Positions 55,041 to 64,000 of a DNA stretch of 64,000 nucleotides are shown here, piece by piece. Position 1 is the stretch's first letter. The number at the start of each line of letters is the position of its first letter. The DNA lies in NCBI GenBank assembly GCA_964503265.1, contig CAZCYO010000003.1, forward strand, positions 155,575-219,574, written 5' to 3'. The notes under the pieces were generated by a model. That model did not search any database and had not been told where the DNA came from. It saw only the letters and a list, made by a program, of their open reading frames with translations. Made by a program: the position numbers and the translations under genes. Source of the stretch: an uncultured Gammaproteobacteria bacterium (GTDB lineage: Bacteria; Patescibacteriota; Microgenomatia; Levybacterales; UBA12049).

Positions 55041-57890
55041 ATGCCACTTGTAGTGGTTTCTGCCCATTATATCGATATGTTAGGAAATTTATTTAATCAA
55101 AAAAAAACAGTTGACGTAGTTGAGAATCCATCACAGGATACTTCACAGATATCTATGACTGCTTCTTCTCCTATTCAGTCTGATCAAGTTATTGCAGCCC
55201 AACAGAATTCACAGACTGTTATACCTCAATCAGATACAACTCAGCCAGTAGTCGGTTCTTCAATAGATCCAGTCAAGAGACAAGATATGTCTGCGCTTTC
55301 ACATCTGGATAACCGTGCATTACAAGCGTTAACTCATGCTCAGGAAGAAGCAAAACGAATAAAGCAGCAAATGATTGAACCAGAACTTTTGTTGTATGGC
55401 TTATTATTTGACCAAGAAATTTTTGCACTTCTTGAACAATTTCATGTCGATGCTGCGAAACTTACGAAAGAAATTCAGGAAAAAGAAACAGAGGGAACTT
55501 TCATTGGTGAACCAACGCTGAGTGATGGTGCAAAACAAATCTTTGAAACAGCATACAGTGAAGCAAAAAAACGAAATGTATCTTTTGTCTCCGCAGAAGA
55601 TTTATTAATAGCCTTATTCTCATCATCATCCAGTTCTGCTTTTCTTAACGCAGAAGGACTACAAAAAGAGGTTGTTATGGAAAAACTAACCAAGAATCCA
55701 CATTTCCAAACAGGCAAATCTTCAGTACTTGATCAATTTGGGGTAGATTTAACGCAGGAAGCAAGAGATGGAAAACTTGATCCAATTTTTGGACGTGATA
55801 AAGAAATTGAGCGACTTGAGCATATCTTACTTCGTCGCTCAAAGAATAACCCAATTATCATAGGAGAAGCGGGTGTTGGGAAAACTGCAATTATTGAAGG
55901 ATTAGCACAGCAAATTGTAAAAGGAGAAGTTCCCCAGGATTTAGCAAATAAAAGAATAATTCAACTCGATGTTTCGTCTCTCGTAGCAGGTGCATCACAT
56001 AGAGGTGAATTTGAAGAACGGCTTCGAAGTGTTATTAAAGAATCTATGATGTCTAACGGTCAAATCGTATTATTTATAGATGAAATTCATACACTTATGG
56101 GAACGGGAGATAGTGACGGTGCGCTTGATGCATCAAACATCATTAAACCACATTTAGCTCGAGGTCATTTGCAAATTATTGGAACAACAACGACCGCAGA
56201 ATATCGAAAATATTTTGAAAAGGATAAAGCGTTTGAACGACGATTCCAGCCAATTCTATGTGAGGAACCAAGTGAAGAGGTTGCGATTGGTATGCTCGCC
56301 ATTCTGAAAGGAAAATATGAAAAGTTCCATTCTGTCGTAATGCCCGATGATGCCTTAGCTGCTGCTGTACACTTATCTAAAAAATATATTGGAGAACGAT
56401 ATTTACCAGATAAAGCAGTTGACTTGCTTGATGAGGCTGCAGCTGATGTTAAACTCCAACATGCTGCTGGAAAAAGGCAAGACAATACAGTTAACAAATC
56501 AGATATTGAGAAAGTTGTTAGTACGTGGACAGGGATTCCAATAACGAAATTAACTGAAGATGAAAGTCAAAAACTGCTCCATATAGATGACTTGATCCAT
56601 AAACGATTAATAGGTCAAGAAGAAGCTGTTACCGCAGTTGCTGAAGCAGTAAGGCGAGGTCGAATCGGATTAGCCCCTGCAAACAGACCAATTGCTTCGT
56701 TTATTTTCTTAGGCCCAACAGGTGTTGGTAAAACAGAACTAGCTAAAACTCTCGCTGAAATCTTATTTGGAAAAGACGATTTAATGGTACGACTTGATAT
56801 GAGCGAATACATGGAGAAGCACGAAGTTGCAAAACTTATCGGTGCACCTCCAGGATATGTTGGGTATGAAGAGGGTGGACAGTTAACAGAAGCAGTTCGT
56901 GCAAAGCCATACTCAATCGTTCTTCTCGATGAAATTGAAAAAGCGCATCCAGATGTATTTAATATTCTTCTGCAACTTCTCGAGGATGGAAGACTAACTG
57001 ATAATAAAGGAAATACTATTTCATTTAAAAATACTATTGTTATTGCGACTTCAAATATTGGGAGTGCACTTATCCAACAAGAACTCAGTAAAGAGACGAA
57101 ATCAAAAGAAGAATTTGAAAAAAACTTCTCAGAACTCCATGGACTCATCAACCAGGAGCTTCATAAATTCTTTAAACCAGAACTCTTGAATCGTTTTGAT
57201 GAAGTGGTTATCTTTAAACCATTGATGCTCAAAGATATGTCGATGATTGCCAAAAATAACATTGGCACAACCGCTAAATTACTTCAGGAGCAAGGATTCG
57301 ATTTGCAAATTACTCAAAGAGCCCTAGAGCAATTAGGAAAAGAAGGATATGATCCAGTATACGGTGCACGGCCACTTCGACGATTGATCCAAACAGTTAT
57401 TGAAAACCCGATCGCACTCCTTCTGATTAATAAAACATTTGTTATTGGAGATACTATTCTTGTTGACTATGATGTACAGAAAACACAATACAGTTTTGCA
57501 AAAGGTGCCCCAAAATCAGCTAATCCTGTAGATGGTACTGCTAAAAATGAATTAGTTTCTCAACCAACAGATGGACAAACTGTTTCACAAAGCTCATCGG
57601 TTTCTGCATCTGGAATTTCAAATACACCAGTGTCTACAGATAGCTCAAATCAAATACAACAACCAAATGTATCAGGTACTCAACTTCAGAATTCTCAAGC
57701 ATCAGTTACGTCTCAAGACGCTTCCCAAATGCCTCAACCTTTATCTACTATTCCTGCTGCACCCGTGAGTACAAATAATGTAACTGGTTCTCTTATGCCG
57801 AATCTTTCACTATCACAGGTACAAACACCACCATCTGTAGATCCTTCTATTCCTGAAAATAATACTACAGTGCAAACAGCGACATCGTAA
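55041..57890 (+). CDS. Clp/Hsp100 double-AAA+ ATPase (ClpA/ClpC-like, no M-domain) with Q/S/T-rich disordered N- and C-terminal tails
   Basis: Clp_N repeats (LDNRALQALTHAQEEAKRIKQQMIEPELLLYGLL), D1 Walker A GEAGVGKTA, D2 Walker A GPTGVGKTE, and a sensor-2 GARPLRR. Only ~20 aa separate D1 and D2. The ClpP-docking IG(F/L) loop is not evident (NIGSA). A ~130-aa low-complexity C-tail. The start is ambiguous: 55041, or the internal Met at 55287. Confidence 0.8.
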   Translation: MPLVVVSAHYIDMLGNLFNQKKTVDVVENPSQDTSQISMTASSPIQSDQVIAAQQNSQTVIPQSDTTQPVVGSSIDPVKRQDMSALSHLDNRALQALTHAQEEAKRIKQQMIEPELLLYGLLFDQEIFALLEQFHVDAAKLTKEIQEKETEGTFIGEPTLSDGAKQIFETAYSEAKKRNVSFVSAEDLLIALFSSSSSSAFLNAEGLQKEVVMEKLTKNPHFQTGKSSVLDQFGVDLTQEARDGKLDPIFGRDKEIERLEHILLRRSKNNPIIIGEAGVGKTAIIEGLAQQIVKGEVPQDLANKRIIQLDVSSLVAGASHRGEFEERLRSVIKESMMSNGQIVLFIDEIHTLMGTGDSDGALDASNIIKPHLARGHLQIIGTTTTAEYRKYFEKDKAFERRFQPILCEEPSEEVAIGMLAILKGKYEKFHSVVMPDDALAAAVHLSKKYIGERYLPDKAVDLLDEAAADVKLQHAAGKRQDNTVNKSDIEKVVSTWTGIPITKLTEDESQKLLHIDDLIHKRLIGQEEAVTAVAEAVRRGRIGLAPANRPIASFIFLGPTGVGKTELAKTLAEILFGKDDLMVRLDMSEYMEKHEVAKLIGAPPGYVGYEEGGQLTEAVRAKPYSIVLLDEIEKAHPDVFNILLQLLEDGRLTDNKGNTISFKNTIVIATSNIGSALIQQELSKETKSKEEFEKNFSELHGLINQELHKFFKPELLNRFDEVVIFKPLMLKDMSMIAKNNIGTTAKLLQEQGFDLQITQRALEQLGKEGYDPVYGARPLRRLIQTVIENPIALLLINKTFVIGDTILVDYDVQKTQYSFAKGAPKSANPVDGTAKNELVSQPTDGQTVSQSSSVSASGISNTPVSTDSSNQIQQPNVSGTQLQNSQASVTSQDASQMPQPLSTIPAAPVSTNNVTGSLMPNLSLSQVQTPPSVDPSIPENNTTVQTATS

Positions 57891-57894
57891 TAGT

Positions 57895-60606
57895 ATGGAA
57901 GAGAATACCGCACCTATAGAACCACTTGTTAATCAGGTTCCACAAGACTCTCCACCAAAAATATCAAAAAAAATAATCTTTGTAATTGGAGCAGTTTTTT
58001 TAGTGTTTATTTTTTTCGTCTTTAGTATGCTCCTTTCATCTCAAGTTGCTAAAAAGACCTCTCTAAAGCCAGATACTACGACTAAAGATATATCAGTTGT
58101 CTCGCCAGGTGCTCGCAGATGGCAAATACTTCTTTCCTACAATCCAACTCAACAGGACTTGCAGCTTAAATCAATTGCTATTGAAAAAGGAGAAGCTGCT
58201 CCACTGTCAGTTAGTAACTCAGTATATCTATTACGTGTTTTTGATAAGGCTAAGAAAAAGATTTACGAAACACCAATCGCAGTTTCTGAAGCTGTTCTGT
58301 ATGATATTTATGTTCCATCGAGTGGGGGAAAAGTTATTTCGCTTCCAAAGCAACCACGAAGTTTCGATACAACAATTACCATTCCATATCTTTCAACGGC
58401 AGATTCAATTCAAGTTAGTAAAAATGCTGCTGTTGTTTTAGAGTTCGCTCCACCAAAAGAGATAAGCTTGCATGTTATTCCTCAAGCGTATGCAGAAACA
58501 CCTGCCTGTAAAGCACTAACTGTACTATTTATTAGTGATGGGTATACAGATAAAGCTAAATTTGAAAGTGATGCATTAAAAATACAAAACATCTTAACTG
58601 GAGTCGCACCTTATAATACTGAAGCAAATAAAGCTATATTTAATTTTAAAACAGTTTGGAATACGAATTCATTGAAATGTATCTCAAGTGGGAAGCTTGA
58701 TTCTCGTTGTGTTATCACTGCCGAAACACAATCTGCAGCGAAAACAGCTGCCGGCTCTCTCGCTGAAACAGCTCTGAATAAATATATTATTCTTGCTGAT
58801 GCTTCTCCAGAGCTGATAGGAACGGTTCCACCAAGTGGTGATACTAGTAATATGCCAAAGATTCTCGGTGCTGCAAGTGGAGCTGGTGGAGATTTTGCAG
58901 TCGTGCAAACGCGTGATGCTGCGACTACCAATGCAAGTACGGTTCATGAGATAGGTGGACATGCGATTGGACAACTCTATGATCGATATGTTGATGATCA
59001 GGATTACGCTGGATTAAGTCTTGGGCCACATAGTAACTGTTCGGATAGTGCAACAGTACATACAGGATGGGTTGGAAATGCATATAAAGGATGTACAAAA
59101 TCTACGTGGTATGCGCCTGCTCCGACAGCTGATCCTGTACAATTTCCTGCTTGTGGACCTGGAGGGGTACTTCTTTCTGGTGGAACACCGGATACTGTTA
59201 TGAGTGCTGCTGGGTGTTTTAGCGCGCCATTAGCTAAATTCGATGCTGCTGAAACCTCCTGGATAGATAATCTTCTAAAAAGTAATTATGAACCTTATCA
59301 ATCTTGTATAGATCGAGCGAAAGTTGTGACACAGTCTCCATCAACACTTACACCAACAGTTCCGACAACTAGTAACGCTTCGTTACCACCAATGGCTACA
59401 AAAATCGAGCAGTGTCCAGCTAAACCTGCTGCTGGATCGCCAGGAACAGTAGAGCCTGGAACAAGGAACTTAAGCTACAACGATAACAACGATCCAGAAA
59501 TTTTATTTGGTCATTACATTGATAGTATAAATCGGACAGACTTGTACTACACTGCTGGCCAAGCAAATATCGAAGCAAGATGGGCAGGTAGTAAAATCCG
59601 CAATCCTGCTAACGGTGAATATCGAGGAATGTATTATGTGCGTGCAGGACGTCCTGGAGGATTTGAACATGCTGGGGGATATGTCTATGATCCTGCATAT
59701 GACTGGGCAACCCCTTACGGTGAAGGACATTATGCAGAAAGTGGGTGGAGTCATGCGATGGGAAGAACTGGGGAAGCAGAAAAAGGATCTTTGGGACTAA
59801 CCAAAGACAGAAATTGTATCTTAGCTACTCAAATTCAACGACTGATTGGTGAAAATACGAATGACAGTGGTAATAATTCGTATTATACAGGGAGTAAGAT
59901 GTGGTATCGGGTCGATACACGTCCAGCACCTCCTACGAGTGAAGCAAATTCAGTTATTAAGATTCATGCAACAGGAAGTGGTATTAATGGAGGATGGTAT
60001 CCTACAATGGCTCTTTATATAGATCAATATAAAGTTAAAACATGGAAAAACTTTGGTAAAAACCCAAAACCTGGTGATATTTATACATACCCTGATCCAA
60101 ATGATCCTGCAGATGCAAATGTGCGAATTGGTAAAGTTGAACCACACCGTGTCATTATTGGGATTGATGATAGTAGATTTGATAACGATGATGGAGTAGG
60201 AAAAGTTAATAGCATGGTTTTGTATGGGATCAATATTGATGGGAAAGACTATTCAAGTGTGGCAGATACGACATTTCATGCTACGACATATGTCGATAAG
60301 ATTCAGTCATGTGTAGCAATCCCAGGCAAAGAGTTTGATCATAGTGCAACAGGAGGGTGGTTCTGGTGTGGATATTTCTGGTTTGATTATAAAAATGCCT
60401 TAACAGATCGTTATACAAGTCCGACATTATTTAAAGACATAAGTGCAGATGGTTCAAAAGGTACAGGTACAGCTCTTGGAGGTTCTGAAGCGGGGAACGG
60501 TACATCAAAAGCCAAACAGCAATATTATACTTGCTCTGCTGACCCAGCATGTAAAGCTGGCAAATTAGGTGTTCAGTTATGCGCATTAAAGTGCGTTCCT
60601 AAGTAG
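57895..60606 (+). CDS. Large membrane-anchored secreted protein with putative M64-like zinc-metallopeptidase motif
   Basis: An N-terminal TM helix. The internal GAASGAGGDFAVVQTRDAATTNASTVHEIGGHAIGQLYDRY resembles the M64 (IgA-peptidase) GGG...HExGH...L.DEY core, with one extra Gly. The C-terminus is Cys-rich. Confidence 0.45.
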   Translation: MEENTAPIEPLVNQVPQDSPPKISKKIIFVIGAVFLVFIFFVFSMLLSSQVAKKTSLKPDTTTKDISVVSPGARRWQILLSYNPTQQDLQLKSIAIEKGEAAPLSVSNSVYLLRVFDKAKKKIYETPIAVSEAVLYDIYVPSSGGKVISLPKQPRSFDTTITIPYLSTADSIQVSKNAAVVLEFAPPKEISLHVIPQAYAETPACKALTVLFISDGYTDKAKFESDALKIQNILTGVAPYNTEANKAIFNFKTVWNTNSLKCISSGKLDSRCVITAETQSAAKTAAGSLAETALNKYIILADASPELIGTVPPSGDTSNMPKILGAASGAGGDFAVVQTRDAATTNASTVHEIGGHAIGQLYDRYVDDQDYAGLSLGPHSNCSDSATVHTGWVGNAYKGCTKSTWYAPAPTADPVQFPACGPGGVLLSGGTPDTVMSAAGCFSAPLAKFDAAETSWIDNLLKSNYEPYQSCIDRAKVVTQSPSTLTPTVPTTSNASLPPMATKIEQCPAKPAAGSPGTVEPGTRNLSYNDNNDPEILFGHYIDSINRTDLYYTAGQANIEARWAGSKIRNPANGEYRGMYYVRAGRPGGFEHAGGYVYDPAYDWATPYGEGHYAESGWSHAMGRTGEAEKGSLGLTKDRNCILATQIQRLIGENTNDSGNNSYYTGSKMWYRVDTRPAPPTSEANSVIKIHATGSGINGGWYPTMALYIDQYKVKTWKNFGKNPKPGDIYTYPDPNDPADANVRIGKVEPHRVIIGIDDSRFDNDDGVGKVNSMVLYGINIDGKDYSSVADTTFHATTYVDKIQSCVAIPGKEFDHSATGGWFWCGYFWFDYKNALTDRYTSPTLFKDISADGSKGTGTALGGSEAGNGTSKAKQQYYTCSADPACKAGKLGVQLCALKCVPK

Positions 60607-60773
60607 ACAGGATAATAGATTGTTGCATTGTTAAATTGCTCCATTGCTTGTTAGTTTTATTTCATTAGATCCTCGTATGTAGGCTGTTCTCTTTCCGGAA
60701 CGTAACGTCAATAAAACAATGAACGATCAGTGCGAGTTGAAAAAAAATCGAGTAGTATGGGAGCTATTCCTCC

Positions 60774-63494
60774 TTATCGTTTAATAACGAATTGTAGATA
60801 ACAGCTTGCTCTCTGCGTAATTTCTCCAGGATAATACGAGTTAATTTGGAGAGATTTGGCAGGTGTTGGTGTTGGGATTGGTGCAGGTGCGATCGATTCG
60901 CCTAGGATTGTACGAATCGGTTCAGTGATTTTATTTATGATCTTCGCAAAAAGCCCAGTATTTGATTTCGCTGGGACAATGGCTAGTATTTTTGGTTGAC
61001 AGTCCATATCTGCGACTACACGGAAGAGGTCTCCATTGTTTGCATTAGCTGGGACCGTGTAATCCCATATTGTTTGATATCTGACTTTTGTAGTTGTTGA
61101 TTCGATAACACTTGGTGAGATAAACCCAGACTTTGCAATTTCATCTTGAATCTCTGCTCCACCTCTAAATACTCTAATATTGACACCTTTAACAATTGCA
61201 CTTAGTACATCTGCCCCTTCAACTTTAGAATATGCTGTAAAGGTTACTTTTTGGCCCGTTCCTATAGCTGATGCAGTGATTCCATCACATTTGCATGCTC
61301 CTGCATTAAACGGAAGCTGGCATTTACCTCCCAGACAGCTCACACAACCATCTTTTGTGGCAGCACCTGCACAATCACTGTCTCTTGAGCATGACACGCC
61401 ACAAGCTGCTACAGAGCATTTGCCAGTGGTTGAGTTACAGGTATTACAGCCACCAGGTGCTGTTGCACAGTCTCCTGTTGTTGAACAACTAGTTCCACAA
61501 GCTGGAGGAGGTGAGCATTTTCCGGCACTATTACAAACAGTACAGCCACTTTGTCCACCAGCACAATCGGCATTGTTAGAGCAGGTTGAGTTACACGATG
61601 GGGCAACTTTGCATTTCCCAGCTGTACATGTGGTACATCCATTCTGTCCCCCCGCACAGTCAGCATTATTGGAACATGCTGCGTCACATGCTGGAGCAGG
61701 TGAGCATTTCCCAGCGCTGTTACACACTGTGCATCCGTTTTGTCCACCAGTACAGTCTGCGTTGTTAGAACATGTTGCATTACAAGCAGGGCCAGCTTTG
61801 CATTTCCCAGCTGTACATGTGGTACATCCATTCTGTCCCCCAGCACAATCAGCATTATTAGAACAACTTGCATTACAGGCTGGCGCTGGATTTTGGCATG
61901 TACCTGCAGTTCCAGGAGCTGTCATGCATTTGGCTAAATCAGGATGAGCTGGAGAGGTACCAAATGTATAGAGTTGCTGAAGAAAGTCACCTCGTTTAAT
62001 TGTAGTTCCCCAAGGATTAATAGGAGTACTTCCAGTAAAGTAATCTGTTTTTTCAATACCTTTGAAACCATATACCCAGTTTCCTTCAGGATCAAAACAT
62101 TTAACGGTTGCATCAGCTGAATAATATGGATCTCCCGGCTGATAAATACTATTACAAGGAGCACCAGATATAAATCCTTTGTTATATGCAGTCTCGATTT
62201 CTTTCGTAAGATCACCAAGAGGAACGTCTTTAAAGATTCCTCCAGTTGGGGTACTCCACGTCCAGTGTCGTGAATCAGAAGCTGCTATAGCATCGACATG
62301 ATATCGTGCGATAAATGCGACAGCAAATTTTCTGGTTGTTGGAAATTCACCACCAAGATAGCCATCAGGTGGTGTTTTAGAAAGATCCATACCCGCACAC
62401 GAACTTCCAGCCGGACATGTCGCTTCGCTATATCCTTGGACGACACAATATGCTTTGTTTAAACATTCAGCGGCAAGACGATATGCGGCATTCGCGTATG
62501 TAGGTTCACGAGGGGTGCCATTTGAAAGAAGTGATGCAAAATTTCTTTTACAACTGGAACCTGTAAGTTTAGTGAAATCTAATTCTGGTGCAGGAGAACT
62601 GCTTGGCTTACACGTAGTACAGCCATCTGTAGCTAGTGCACACTGTGTTGTATTCGTACAGGCTGAATTACACGCAGCAACAGTAGGAGGCGTTGGTGTA
62701 CTGGTAGCTGCTACTGCAGGTGCTGCCATACAGAGACTAAGGTCTTGATGAGTAGGATCAATTCCGTATTTATAGAGTTGTTCTAGAAAAGCTCCGCGTG
62801 TCATAGATGCTCCAGCAGCACTAAAGTTATAACAAGCACCTTGCCAGCATTCTTCAGCTGGGTGTGGAGTAGGGTTTTTATCATCAAACGAACCTTTTCT
62901 ATATACTCCGTGAAAACCAAATAGCCATGGATCTTCTGGAGAGAATGCAGGCTTTTGTCCATTTGCAGCTACTTGTCCACTAATGAGTTTATAATGAGCT
63001 GCCGTTTCAATTTCTTGTCCAAGATCAGTTCCAAGTGGAACATCACTAAATACTGTGCCAGTAAACGGTTGGGGAGTCCAATCTTTCAAGACCTTTGTAT
63101 GATAGTGTGCGATAAATGCGACGGCGAATTTTCGAGAGGTTGTAATATCACCACCAAAAGAAGGAAATGGTAATCCCAGAGTGTCTCCCGACGTTTTATC
63201 AAATCCTTGAGTTACACAGTATGTTTGATTTAAACAGAATACTGGAACCTTATATGATTTTGTAGAGGATGCAGGAAGATCATTGAAATCTACGCGACAA
63301 CCTGTTTGTGGAAAGTTCGATGTGATTGGAATTAATTCTCCTGCTGCACGTTGGCGGATGTCTTGGACTTGGTTTAATACAAATACGGTCAGAGGGATAC
63401 TGAGAATGAGAGCGGCAAGTCCAAGGGGTTTTGTGTACTGCTTTATTGTATCGAAAATATGGCGAGATTTACGTATTACAATTTTTCGTTCCAT
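60774..63494 (-). CDS. Large cell-surface protein: signal/TM helix, two duplicated SLH-like domains, an array of 27-32-aa six-Cys repeats and a C-terminal beta domain
   Basis: FSDVPLGTDLGQEIETAAHYKLISGQ and FKDVPLGDLTKEIETAYNKGFISG are SLH-like (F.DV...a..aI......G.I.G). There are at least seven repeats of the type PACNA(S/T)CSNNADCAGGQNGCT(T/V)C(T/N)(A/S)(A/G)KC. Confidence 0.6.
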   Translation of the reverse strand: MERKIVIRKSRHIFDTIKQYTKPLGLAALILSIPLTVFVLNQVQDIRQRAAGELIPITSNFPQTGCRVDFNDLPASSTKSYKVPVFCLNQTYCVTQGFDKTSGDTLGLPFPSFGGDITTSRKFAVAFIAHYHTKVLKDWTPQPFTGTVFSDVPLGTDLGQEIETAAHYKLISGQVAANGQKPAFSPEDPWLFGFHGVYRKGSFDDKNPTPHPAEECWQGACYNFSAAGASMTRGAFLEQLYKYGIDPTHQDLSLCMAAPAVAATSTPTPPTVAACNSACTNTTQCALATDGCTTCKPSSSPAPELDFTKLTGSSCKRNFASLLSNGTPREPTYANAAYRLAAECLNKAYCVVQGYSEATCPAGSSCAGMDLSKTPPDGYLGGEFPTTRKFAVAFIARYHVDAIAASDSRHWTWSTPTGGIFKDVPLGDLTKEIETAYNKGFISGAPCNSIYQPGDPYYSADATVKCFDPEGNWVYGFKGIEKTDYFTGSTPINPWGTTIKRGDFLQQLYTFGTSPAHPDLAKCMTAPGTAGTCQNPAPACNASCSNNADCAGGQNGCTTCTAGKCKAGPACNATCSNNADCTGGQNGCTVCNSAGKCSPAPACDAACSNNADCAGGQNGCTTCTAGKCKVAPSCNSTCSNNADCAGGQSGCTVCNSAGKCSPPPACGTSCSTTGDCATAPGGCNTCNSTTGKCSVAACGVSCSRDSDCAGAATKDGCVSCLGGKCQLPFNAGACKCDGITASAIGTGQKVTFTAYSKVEGADVLSAIVKGVNIRVFRGGAEIQDEIAKSGFISPSVIESTTTKVRYQTIWDYTVPANANNGDLFRVVADMDCQPKILAIVPAKSNTGLFAKIINKITEPIRTILGESIAPAPIPTPTPAKSLQINSYYPGEITQRASCYLQFVIKR
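61330..61940. repeat. Tandem DNA repeat array (unit ~81-96 bp, 192-bp higher-order unit) encoding the six-Cys modules
   Basis: Near-identical copies at ~61600..61680 and ~61792..61872 (ttgcatttcccagctgtacatgtggtacatccattctgtcc...). Related copies occur every ~83-96 bp. The array produces the spurious ORFs 61180..61947(+) and 61409..61873(-). Confidence 0.75.
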
Positions 63495-63544
63495 AAGACT
63501 ATTATAGGCATGAATTGAGAGAGAACGCTAGGGGCAGTTTCTTT

Positions 63545-64000
63545 TTAGTTACCAAATTTGAAGCGTACAATACTACATGATTTTTCAATAATCTTTGCTT
63601 CAGTAAATGTACCAATTTGTAATGAGTTTTGAGCAGCGAGAACCGCAGGTGAAGGTCTAGTACTGACCATCGCTGATTCTGATGGAATAGGCATTTTTTG
63701 ATAGTCTGTAGCGACTGGTTGAGGTGTTAATCCAAAGAGGTACCCTATGAACGATACAATTCTATCGATAAGAGTTGGTTCATATTTTATGGAAGCCCCA
63801 AGCACGTTTTGAGCCACACATTTAATTTTTGATTGTACTCTAAAGATTTCTCCTTGCTTTATATCTGTAGGGATTTTATATCCCCAGGTTGATTTATATC
63901 GGTTTTTTGTTGAAGATTGTGATTCTAGTGTTGACGGAACTGCCCCAGAATCAGCGACTCGCGTAGCAGTGGTTGCGTCTCCACGGTAAACATAGAAATT
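63545..64000 (-). CDS. C-terminal part of a paralogous surface protein; the N-terminus lies beyond the window
   Basis: The open frame runs off the right edge; the listed Met/GTG at 63817 is internal. ...TKNRYKSTWGYKIPTDIKQGEIFRVQSKIKC... parallels the C-terminal domain of the 60774..63494 protein (TKVRYQTIWDYTVPANANNGDLFRVVADMDC). Confidence 0.55.
   Translation of the reverse strand, partial: NFYVYRGDATTATRVADSGAVPSTLESQSSTKNRYKSTWGYKIPTDIKQGEIFRVQSKIKCVAQNVLGASIKYEPTLIDRIVSFIGYLFGLTPQPVATDYQKMPIPSESAMVSTRPSPAVLAAQNSLQIGTFTEAKIIEKSCSIVRFKFGN

Noticed and set aside
61180-61947. 255-aa plus-strand ORF and overlapping 154-aa minus-strand ORF (61409..61873)
   Set aside because: Both are alternative-frame or antisense readings of the Cys-module tandem repeat inside the 906-aa surface-protein gene. 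The repetitive, stop-poor sequence creates long spurious ORFs.
1-64000. Search for CRISPR arrays, transposases, integrases or prophage genes
   Set aside because: No regularly spaced short direct repeats with unique spacers were found, and no transposase, integrase or phage structural ORFs. The only strong DNA repeats are intragenic protein-module repeats (52400..54900 and 61330..61940).

Overview
The window is a low-GC (~35%), densely packed bacterial chromosome segment. Several traits suggest a reduced-genome bacterium of the Patescibacteria/CPR type, but that assignment is inference only: a class-I LysRS, a short HrcA, a zinc-finger-less DnaJ in the dnaK operon, many membrane glycosyltransferases and very little metabolism. 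About 60 protein genes were recognised. Housekeeping genes include the rpsI 3' end, an MsbA-like ABC exporter, obg, bcp, dus, mazG-like, recA-recX-rny-hup, tsaD, greA, murB, lysS (class I), tatD, metG and hrcA-grpE-dnaK-dnaJ. Two non-coding RNA genes are not in the ORF track: an RNase P RNA on the minus strand at 16788..17195, hidden under a spurious 120-aa ORF, and a tRNA-Pro(GGG) at 12978..13051, hidden under an artificial N-terminal extension of the mazG-like ORF. Notable accessory content: (a) a two-subunit ATP-citrate lyase (aclB/aclA); (b) a class-I LysRS fused to a C-terminal PheT-type B3/4 domain; (c) a UbiA(DPPR-synthase-like)/WecA-like/GT-C/GT2 envelope-glycan cluster; (d) a DUF2207 membrane protein coupled to a Cas4-like PD-(D/E)XK/Fe-S nuclease; (e) RmuC plus a UvrD-type helicase fused to a Cas4/AddB-like nuclease; (f) a protein with three tandem topoisomerase-type zinc ribbons. 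The most unusual locus is at the right end (50578..64000). It encodes a VirB2/TrbC-like two-helix pilin-like protein, translationally coupled to a 1383-aa protein that has a polytopic VirB6/TrbL-like membrane block and two ~480-aa tandem repeats. These are followed by a ClpA-like Hsp100 ATPase with disordered Q/S/T-rich tails, a secreted M64-like metallopeptidase-domain protein, and (on the minus strand) large SLH-like surface proteins carrying a homogenised array of 27-32-aa six-cysteine repeats. No CRISPR array, transposase or integrase was seen.
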